Part shown: positions 10,308 through 21,500 of the stretch, piece after piece
Layout of the letters: each line of letters starts with the position of its first letter
Position numbering within the stretch: position 1 is the first letter of the stretch
From: Catajapyx aquilonaris
Taxonomy: Eukaryota
Reading direction: 5' to 3'
Length of the DNA stretch: 45,576 nt
NCBI GenBank assembly: GCA_000934665.2
Contig: JYFJ02003161.1
Location: 1-45,576, forward strand
Notes under the pieces: generated by a model
The model's database searches: none
Seen by the model: the letters and a program-made list of their open reading frames with translations, nothing else
Told to the model about the DNA's origin: nothing
Translations under genes and position numbers: made by a program

Positions 10308-12710
10308 ATGTCGCGTTTTTTTCTTATATTCGTACTATCGCAAGTGACACTCCAAACTCCTGTGCTGGATGAACCGGACAATTCAACGTTGCTTCCCGAA
10401 GCACTTCTTTTACAAGATGTCGAATCCCAGTTGGATGGAGTTTGCTTGGTTGTCCTTGCACACGATTTCAATTCCATTCCTCCAAACATGCGTCTTTTGG
10501 TCGAACTATTCGGCAGAAAGGAACGCAAAATTCTGCTAATTCGACTAACCGGTTCTGAAGGCGACGCTACAGAATTGCTGACTCCAGATGACCCCATTGT
10601 CAACCACACCTCACCAGTGACGTACTGGTTCGACTGGCTGCATCTTCCCAGTGCCACCCATCACTCCAACTGCGCCTTGTTCGTCTTCTTCCTCCGTCAC
10701 CAGAACTTGGAGTCACTGATCCAGACCACTGCAGCCAGTGTCCTCCTCAACACCCGTCTGCACCACTTCGTCTTCATCACCAGGGATGGAGGGGTGGAGG
10801 AGATACTTAAGCACCCACACTCCAGGATATTGAGGTAGGCTAACAGTAAGACGTGTATTTAAGCCAATCCTATCATAGCTCATGCCATGCAATCAACGTT
10901 GTTTACAGTCACTTATTATTATTATCAATTATCAACAAGAGTGTGTCCTTTTTTCGCAGAAATAAAATCGTGATTGACTTAAACACCAACGTTCGCTGGT
11001 ACAACTGCTTCTACTGCAACAATGGAAGTTCAGAGATTTACCGAGACGATTCAGACACATCCGACTTGTCGCTACTTTTCCCGGATTTCACAATGAACCT
11101 GAACGGAACTTTCATCAAAGGCGTTTGCCCTATCGAATTGTCAACAGACAACCATCAAATCCTTGAATATTTTCGTAATCGCATTCCTCTCCATCAGCTC
11201 GAAATGGTGTACCTGGACTTGAGTTCTTACATGAACTTTGACATACAGGTGGAGATGATTGAAAACGCAGTGGCCGTCGACCCAAAGATGGACGACGGAA
11301 CATGGATCGGAATGGCCGGATCAGTTCTCTATGGTGAAGCAGACATTGGTGTCGTAACCATCGCTTTTATTCCTCCTTTGGAGGTCATTGAGTACGGATA
11401 CGAGTTCTTTTCTGGCGTAGGAACCCACATGGTGCGCAAACCACGAGTGATTGACCCTTGGAACGGACTCTTTCGACCTTACACCAAGGAGATGTGGCTG
11501 TTCATCTTTCTGACCTGCATCGTTGGGAGTGTCCTGTTTTGGATGATTCTGGTCCTGGGCACAAAGTATGTTCGTGTCCAGTTTATGAAGCAACCTCCTG
11601 CGCTCTACCCTTACTCCCTGACCTATGTCCTCATGACCCTGATAGAAAAGAATCCCAACTTGGTTCCTGAATCTGACTATGCCCGGATGTTCCTGTCCTT
11701 CTGGTGGACCTTCTCAGTGGTCATCACCTGTGGATACACAGCTAAACTCGTCGGATTTCTTGCCAATCCAAGTCACGAAACGCTTCCCAGGTTAGTCGGC
11801 CATGTTTATTACCATCGACACCGAGTGACTGTCAGTTTTGACCCATCATTGACACATGAGTATAGGTGGATCCATTGGACTCAATTCTACATAATTTGCG
11901 AGATAACCTGCTATGTCGCTGCATTATATATTCATATTTCAGTTTGAGTGAGATAAATTGTACCTTTTTCTTTTCCTGTAGAAATAATAATAATATGCAT
12001 ATGATAACATTCCTGCATGGCTTTTTCTCTATACATTTTGGTTGTTTGAGAGACGTCCGGAAATAGTAGCATTATGATTTTGTTAATGGTTGTGATTTTT
12101 CAGGGATATGTACGACGTGGCCAATCTCCCTGGATGGAGATGGGGCAGCACAAACCTACACGCCTTATTCACACAAGTGCTCCTGAGCGAGTCAGATATG
12201 AAGAGTCAACAGAAATTTTCAGAGGGGCTGGAAATGCGAGACACCTTTCAAGAGTGTCTACTGTCAGTCCTCCAGGAAGAGGACTACGACTGTTACGGAG
12301 GCACCTTCCATCTGGTAGAATCGGCCTACAATTTTCTGGACATGGCTGGAAACTGGCCATTCACTCGAAGTGACGATTCTTCCACAAAATTCTCTGTCAA
12401 CATGTTGTTTCCGAAGCATTCCATCCTCCTGCCTAGGTTTGACACCATGCTTCTCCGTATGGAAGCAGCAGGGCTAACTGCCTACTACGAGCAGTACTCC
12501 TATGACACGGTATATGTTCAGAAAATTAATCAAGCCAGGAAAAGACACTTCCTTTTGCCCTCTCCCTCCTTGGCCTTGACACTGAATCAAACTGTTGGAC
12601 TGTTTTATGGGACGATGATTTGTTACGTATGTGCGATTATAGTGACAGTTATTGAGAATATTTATTTCTGGCGTAAGAATAGGGTCTCTGTCCAATTGTT
12701 CAGACTTTAA
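10308..12710 (+). CDS. Divergent ionotropic receptor, tandem paralog, 3 exons, 654 aa
   Basis: join(10308..10834,10960..11790,12104..12710); exon 1 and 2 lengths (527, 831) and intron phases identical to the 7376-9693 paralog. Motifs WIGMAGSVLYGEADIGV, LFRPYTKEMW, CGYTAKLVGFL, LTLNQTVGLFYG. Confidence 0.9.
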
Positions 12711-14105
12711 CTGCCTTTACCATATAAGAGCGAGACATGGTCGAAACGAGCTCATGATGACATGTGCGTACACCTATCACTTGGTCTTGGTGCGACATCA
12801 AAAGTGTGTTTGTCTCTATAGTCCCGTGCTCTAGGCAGTCTTGTATTCTAGTGTTAGCTTATGGGCTTTTGTACAGTACATGTACAGGGTTACAATCCGG
12901 CACTGCATATTTTACGGCCTCTAAAAAGTATCGCAAACATATAGGCGCATTGGGTTGGTTTGTTACTATCCTGCGCCGTCTGTTGGGAAGGCCTACACAT
13001 CAATGTGCTTCATAGATTTTCAATAAATCATTCACTATCAGCAAATCGACGTTTTAATGACGCGGCTAGAACGAATCCAGCATAAGTCCAATGGGGGTAA
13101 TAAGCAGCCGGGTCGTCTAATGTTTCAATCACCCTCATTATCACTTACCTGTTAATGAAGGTCAAGTCAATGTGTATCCGGTGGATTCGCAGAAGCTAGT
13201 TGACACGATCATGATTCGCAGTATATTCCTTCAGGAAAATAACACCTTAACACATTCACGTGTTTTATAAATAGTTAGAAATATAAGCCACGAATTGGGG
13301 GTGGGCCGGGTACTTCTCCTATTTCAAACACTACAAACTCGCACTAAGAACCGATCACTCCCGTCTACTCATTCGCACTTTTCAAAACTGCCATTGTTAT
13401 TAGTTACTGATTATTCACCCTGCTACACGCACGCACTTCTCTCAAGCACTAACACTTCCTGTCGGCTGTCACCATCTGGGTCTTGATCTTAGCCCCATTC
13501 TACCCCGTGAATCTAACTGCCCCATTAGGAAGTACCCAAGTAACACATGATTATAGGTTGGAACTTGGAAGTTCGTAGGACAATACATTGAGTTGAGTGA
13601 GTGGTTATCAGAGGTGTGAAAATGTGAAATAGGTATTCATTTAAAAATATTTTACTGTAACAAAATTTTCACAATAATTCCGTCCACGATTTCGTCATGC
13701 ATTCATTGTAAAGAGCCGCCATCTGCGAATCAGAGCAGTTCGCTAACACTTCAACAGATGACACTCACGTTCATTCCTCGCTGAATTTCCAGTTCCAAGA
13801 ATATCAATAGAATATAATTAGCGCGCTGAATTTGACAATAATTATCAATGGAAAGGTTCCAGGGACATATACTACGGTATAAATACGGTAATATCTTTCA
13901 GTGCAAGGACCTCTTTCGAGGTATGCATTATACCTTACTTTTTATTTATTTATTTTATTTTTATTACCAATTAGTGAAAATCAATTGGCTTAGCAAGTAT
14001 TATTGATAATATTTATATATTGAAGTTTTGTGATTTGTTTTTAGAATCTGCTCTACTTCACCTCCACTTTATTTTCAAGCTGACCTCTAAATCTTAAAAT
14101 GGCAG

Positions 14106-14152
14106 ATAATCAATGCAAATGTTTGGGTGTCCCAAACATTTGCATTGATTAT
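14106..14152. repeat. Perfect hairpin (22-bp stem, 3-nt loop)
   Basis: ATAATCAATGCAAATGTTTGGG-TGT-CCCAAACATTTGCATTGATTAT. Confidence 0.9.
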
Positions 14153-15500
14153 GTCTCATAGCCTAAGCCTATAAATAGCCACAGAGCAGTCGCAAAATAA
14201 TAATTTATTTACACATAAATAGTGCTGGAAAAGACTGCTACATTTTGCATAATCTCCGCCTCCCAAATAACAGCTCCAGACTCCATCGATCTATAAGCCA
14301 ATATTAAAGTAATGATATATAAATTTTTATATGCCATGTGATTTTTAATAATTTCAATGCCAATTAACCATATTGCAATAATTGTTAAGTGTTGTATCCG
14401 AAGTTTTTTTCATGCTTGTGAGGCTGTAATGACTTATAACATCTGGAAAAAAAAAAAGACATGGCAAATGATATTTTCCCAAATACAATACTTCACGCTC
14501 ATCAAAAGGCTAAATTTTCTTACCATATTTTTGAATATTTGAAAAGGATAATATGCGCAGTTCATTGATCTATTAAATTCCTAGGCAACAGACTGGGTAC
14601 GCCTACATCAATATTCTGCCAAAACTCTCAATAAATCATTCATTTTCGCCTATAGACCTTTGAGTGGCGCTGCTACAAAGAGTTCATATGGACACACTTA
14701 TGAGCACTTACCTCTTAATAACTCAATAAAATATTATAAGCTGAAATTGGTGCAACATTTACATGTCTGTAAATTTTCCCTGAGCGCTGCAAACTGCAAA
14801 GAGGTATGAACAATAATTGAAATTAACAAGTAGAAGTATTTCAGACAATGTTTTACTCAGATAACTCCATCTTATAACAACCAACAATATGTCTTATGTA
14901 TATGACTATGACCTTTTCTGCAACCATCGACTGACCTGTACAGGAAATGAAGAGACGAAGAAATGTAATAAATACGTGCGGGCCTATCTGGAATGTTTTT
15001 TTTTTCTTGCAATATTATTAAAATAGGCTTACAGAATTTAAAACTTTGGAAAACCCCAAACGTCACTCGAATTTACATGACACTGCACGACACGTAGCAA
15101 TGCATAGTCTATGTGAATGCATCTATATTTTTTTTTCTTTCTCTCAACATGTCACGATGAAAGCACTAATGTCAGACACGTTGTATATGTACAGTACTGC
15201 ATAATAAAGGAATTCTGCAGCCATTCAAGTGCCTTTTGTGGCCGGGTTACGAAAAACTTTTTTCTTCCCCCAATAAGCCGCGGAAGCCCATCAAAAAACG
15301 ATACAGTCTTTTAACGTGTACTCACTTGTGCAGAACCGTCTCCTCAAGAAACGGATCTCTCTTCTTCTTTTTTTTTTGTTACGATACCAGGTACACTGAA
15401 GCGGCAAAAATCGTCGGCTGGAGTTTCTGACAACTCTTTGCAAATGAACACATTGTTCAAATGGAGGACGTTACTCTATCAAAATCACAACCCCATGCGT

Positions 15501-18500
15501 CTATCTGGCTGTCACATCCAACAAACAGTCCCTTCCTGACGAAGATTCAGTCGCAGTCACTTCTTCCTCATCGGGTCTGTCGTCTTCTTGTGAGTCTCGT
15601 GGCAACAGACATCTGACTTCATCTGTCCCGTCTTCAGGAGGAGACGGTGACGATGGAGTCACTGGAGACGGTGGCGACACCAGAGGCGCGGGTAAGGCGT
15701 TTTCGTACCCGCTACTCTCAGGCCAGCCATTTTGAGGCGGCCACGTGGTCTCTGGACTCACTGAAAACAACCATGGTTAGTCATTGTCCTCAGAAACCAT
15801 CCGCAAGCAATATTCACCTTGAATTGTGGGTACGGCTGTGACCTGAGCCATGTCGTACCCAGGGTTGTGTGCAGCAAATGGACCCAGGTCAAGGTAGTCC
15901 ACACCTGCTTGTAGCAACGTCTCGAGCGATGAGGTCAGGGTCCGGAAGGAAGGCCTTCGAGACGCTTCCTCAGCCCAGCATCGCAACATTAGTTCGTACC
16001 TGCAATGACACATTTAAGTCCGGCTGCTCATAAATGGGTCGCCCACAAAATCCAACCCATACCGGAATCGGCTCACTACGTATTTCGGGTATTCAACAAT
16101 CTAGACTGAGCCGATTCCGGAACCGGTTTTGTTTCAAAGGTGCTGAAAATTACCCTATATTAGAGGTACTTACAGTTCAGGTGCGCATCCTTCAGGTCGG
16201 GGCATACGGTACCCTGCCCGGAGAAGACCGTACAACTGCTCAGCTGCCACACCCGGATAAGGTGACGCCCCGAGTGTTGCGAGTTCCCACAACAATACTC
16301 CAAAACTCCACACGTCTGACTGACTTGTGTACACCTGGTCTGCAAGGCTCTCAGGTGCCAACCACTTTACCGGGACTGAAACAACAAAGGAGATTAGTCC
16401 TGTGTCAATAGTGAACCATGAAAATACGTCAAACTCAAAATTTTGAGCTACACCCAGTGTAGCTCAAAATTTTAAGTAGAATGAGTCAGTCGGGTGACTG
16501 TAGCTGCTACAGTCACCCGACTGACTCATTCTATTTAAAATTGAATTTTTCTCCATCAAATCACGAAACGGACGGATAAGATGTACACTGACATCTTTCT
16601 TCCAAACATTATTGACAACTTACCTAACCCTTTGCTGCGCTTGAAATATGCGTCGTCTTCGTACACGTCACGAGTCATACCGAAGTCTGAGATCTTGCAC
16701 ATCCTCTCCGAGGTGAGAAGCACATTTCTAGCAGCCAAATCTCGATGCACCAACTGAAAAAGCAGGGCCATGTTAATCCCAGTTGAACTCACACCATTAT
16801 ATCATTATTGTGTCTGATTCTGCGTTCATGACACTACAATAGTCGCCAAGTATAGTAAGACCGTTGGTCAAGTTACTTGTGTGAAAGTGACCCCTTTATA
16901 GAAGTGAGTACCTTCATGTCTGCCAGATACGACATCCCTTTGCTGATTTGCCACGCAAAGGACAGCAGGTCACGCGGCGTCACGTGCGGACCCGAGTTGC
17001 TGGAAACGACCGGATCCGAGTCCAATCTCCTGCACTTCCGCAGGTACGTACGCAACGCACCAAGCTGCGCAAACTCGAGGATCAGCAAGGGTGCACCTCC
17101 TTTGGTGCAAACTCCCAACAGCCTGATGACATGGGGATGCTGCACCTCCCTCAGCAGTCTGAACTCGGCCAGGAAATCGTTTCCGCTTCCTCCTTTCAGC
17201 GCCTTGACCGCCACTGTGACCTCGCCTGGATGACCTCCGATCCCCTGGGCGCGACCTCGCAACACGCGTCCGAACTCGCCTTCTCCTAGAGGCTCCTCCA
17301 GTAGGAGCCTGGTGCGTGGGAACTCCCATTTGAGCTCCTCAGGCGCCAGGATGTCCGTGGTGGTCGCGGCTGGTGTTTCGGTGACCACTGCTGATGGCCC
17401 CAGTTGCGACCCAGCTGACGATGACCTCTCTTCAACATAATCTGGGTTGCCGGAAAGGGAAGTGGCGCTGACCACATGCTTGGGTCCGGTTGCCCCCCAC
17501 TTCCCTTTGCGTCTGATCCGGCAGGCGATGACCAATCCGGAGAATCCAGCTGCGATCCCCAAGATGGCCAAAACAATGAAGAGGACGCAGCCGATTCCAC
17601 ATGCAGGAACAACTGTCGGCTCAGCTGAGAAGGTCAAAATATTTCACATAATGCCAACTGCAATGTAAAAAAAATAACCGATATTAAATAACAGCCAAAT
17701 AATCACCTCTGTCTGGCGCATTCAGAGCATTGCTGGTGTTTGTGTCATGTCCTCTGCTTCTTGAGGTCTTTTGAGTGGGTGACGCCGTTTTGGGCGTACC
17801 AGACGACGCTGACGATCCGGACAGACCTCGATTGGCGGGTTCCACTGGCCTTGCAGCCTCGTCGTCAGGGTTTCCTTGGCAAATGCACTTCTCCGGATGC
17901 TGGCAGTAGCAGAAGCCGTGCCCGATCTTGATGCCTTGAGGCCTCTCGCCTGGTTTCTCGTGGAGGTGTGGCATGCCTTGCACCTCCCCTACAAAGAACG
18001 CAGAAAATGATGACAATGCCATTACACAGCCACGTTCCTAATGTTCCGCTAATTAGTGCTGAAATTGCTTTTTTTGGCTTAACACTACTACGCCCCTAAT
18101 TACAGAGAGATTGATATGGACACTTGCAATGAATTGAACTCTCATGTAAACGCTTATAATATAACTTAAAGGGTCGCTTATACGGACAAACAAACAAACA
18201 TCGCCTTTTAGGCTTTTTATTATTTTAAAAACGGCAATGTCCGTCTGTCTGTCCGTCCGTGGACAAGAATCAGGGCATAAATCGAAAGATATATCGACAA
18301 ACGATTTTCAGATTCGGATACAGCTGACACACATATTAAAGGACCCTAAACATGTCTCCTTGCCAACTTCCGGTGATTGTCCACTTCCCGTTTTCCGGGT
18401 TCATTCTATCCGCCAAGGTCAAGTCTTGTCAACGAAAAATGAGGCTTTCAACGTTCCATGTCGTTGTTGTCCGATAAGAATTTCCTTCGCCATGAGAAAA

Positions 18501-21500
18501 GGTCTACTCGAATCACGATCGCGTGATATGCCAATCTGGTTTTATGCTGTGTGAGATAGAAGAACTCTATAATATACTGACCATCTCGCACGCAATCCTG
18601 AGGACACAGTTCTGGCATCTTCCTCTCGAGTTCATCGCACCTTCCATCAGGACATGCGTCTAGGCCCGAGCTGCACGTGGCGTACTTCTGGGTCAGCACC
18701 GATCCTTCTCCGTCCCTCCACTCGCACCTTCCCGGTACTCCAATACCGCAGAGCTGTTCGCAGTCCCTTCGAGTCCTCTTGGCCGCGCACATGGTCGAGG
18801 TCGAGTTGCACATGTACTCTTTCCCATCGTCCCTGAACATCACCTCCACCTCACGTGTCTCCCATCCTGCCATTTTGGGAACCACACCATTTTCCAGCTT
18901 CCACTGCACCCTGATGACCAGTGGCTCCTTAGGTCCGCTTGCGAACTGTCTGAACAGCAGGTTTGGATTGTCCACGAACAGGATCCCTTCCGAGGGCGTG
19001 ATCTCAAAGATCATGGGCTTGGAGCCCGGATCAATCCGGAACCGACCACCGCTGCTGTTCGGAAATGGCTGCCCCACGCGACGCCATTTGCGTGCCCATG
19101 GCGACACCCACAGGCGCTGAGGGGTCGCAGGTACTTCCGGAGGGGGTTTGGTGCCAGGTATTTCCTCCTGTATGGTCAAGGTGAAGTTGATCTCAGGGTC
19201 TCCGTACTCTGGTAAAAGTGCTTCATCAAGTGCGACAACCGTGGATGTGTACGGAAGCTTCTTTCCCTCTGCTTCCTTAGTCAAGTTGAATTCTGAAAAA
19301 CATTATGATGCAATAAGATTCACTGGTTGGTACACTTTAGACTTCTAATATAGGATCAGTGCAAACTTCAACGACATAGGGTCTATTCTCGAGCTGACAC
19401 GTAAGTGCACTTACTGATGTTGATGTAGGTCGTGTTTTCATGCTCGAACACCTTGTAGAAGGGTTGGAACAAGGGCTTGTCGTCCACCACACGGAGCGTG
19501 TACCGGTTGGCTCGGAGAGAATCAGCGTCGCGAATGATAAGATCATCCAGCATGATCACGTATCCCTGCAGAAGAAAAGGAACATTCAGACATTCTATAT
19601 ACTGCTGGGCTATATTATTTCCATGCCTTGATAACAAAAATGAAATATATCACATCCCCGATCGGAATCACAGTCGTATGAACCTGGTTGTCATAAATCA
19701 CGTAGTCTTTTAACGAGTTCTAGCATCGGAGAGAGCCTATTACAAGACGTGGCTGGAGCGAATATAGCGTGAGAAATGAAAGATGATGTTGATAGTAACC
19801 TTATCCATTAACATTGTAACTCATAAAAATATTTTATAACGTCCATAAAGTGCACGATATTAATTTTCATACAGAGGAGAGTGGGTGATATATCAGCTTC
19901 GTATAATATTAGATGTTACTTGGAATAATTATGATTATAGTTTTGTATAATAATATATCAGAGTATAGCAATAGTTCAGCTAATGTCACAGTGAATAAAA
20001 TAGTGCACAACGCTTTACTGAACTCATTTGAGAATAAATAGATCACATGTACACTACGCTGCACTTATCAAGATAAATGTACCGCACCGAGGAAATATGA
20101 CGTTACAACTGGTTCATATTCGATTCATTAAGTACCAACAATTCCGTGCAATGAGCATTGAATCCATGCAATTTACCCTTGAGTCGCAAACACCGCCAAC
20201 TCATGCGCTTCTTCCCTGATTACAACGTAACCCCCCTCTAAGGCATCACATGGAATCAGACAAGAATATAATAATAGCCTAATGGCCACTATCTTTTCCC
20301 TGGCCAGTTACTAATTTAGCTTACGCTCCGGTAGGTGCACTTAAAGAGAAATACCCTCGACCTTTTTTATAAAAAGCCATACACCGTAGCGTGCGGGTCC
20401 AGTGATATCGACGCGATTCTAATTCCGGACATGTTAAAAAATAAAGAAGAAAAAAAGTGTGCCCCAATAGGGATATCGTATTAGTTTTTTTTTAAAGGTG
20501 GGGGCGATAATCTCTATAAGTTGAGAGTTAAAAATACTAATCCAAGAGGCGTCGTGATTTGTTTCTAGAGGGGGGGGGGGGGGTTTCCACCAGAATGGGG
20601 GAGGGCCTCACATAGTATCGTATACGTCAAGTTACTTCTGACATGGTTGGCCTCGCGTGACCCCGTCTACTTGCACCCTCATGCCACATTGGGGGGTCCC
20701 CGATAACTGCCATGGAAACACGCCTGGACTGCCTAATTTGCCCCCAAAAAGAGCCCAATATACTGCTGCCTGGATTAAGTAACGTGAATACAACGACGTT
20801 GAAATTACGCTGTTACGCATTAAATATTTCCAAGAGTAATTCAGTTCAATGTGTATGACAATATTGTATGAAAAATAGTGTGAAAGTCGTAGCGAACCTG
20901 TTTACAAAATTTGACAACACTGCCCCCCTCCACGTGGTAACAAAGGTAACTACCTGCACGTTGGTGATGAGTCAACACCTACAGAGATTACGTCACGCTA
21001 GCCAACTTATTATGAAACTTTAAAAATCATAAATTTTGGGCATTTAGACTTTTAAAAATGCTGTTTTCGGACTTTTCTATCAACCAGCGGCACGTAAACC
21101 ATCACTGCGCCAAGTTTCAGCACTCCCTGAATAGTCTGAAAGTAGATTAGGTAGCCTAAACATACAGACAAACTTTCTGCTTTATTATGTAAGATTCTAG
21201 CCTGAATTTCTTGATCAAACTGCACACATAACGTATGGTTTCCCACGGACCTGTCTGGCTTTTTGTTTGCCAAGAAGTGAGTTGGGGTCCGGGTACGCAA
21301 ATTCAATACGCTCCGGATAGGTCGCTTCATTTCGTCAACAAACTTTGGTCAACATGGAGACATCAATTTTTCAACATGTATACCCCCCGGCGTAAAAGGT
21401 TAGCTAACACTTGAGCCTCTTCGGAAATCATACCTCGTGTAGGTTCTTCTTCTCGATGTTGTACACGATGTGATCTCCCCGTTGAAGCGTCGGAGTATTG

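Noticed and set aside
7254..12710. ORF-track starts at 7331, 7983, 8929, 10263, 10853 and 12108 as separate genes
   Set aside because: They are exons of two spliced IR genes with intronic or UTR extensions. The antisense ORFs here are shadows.
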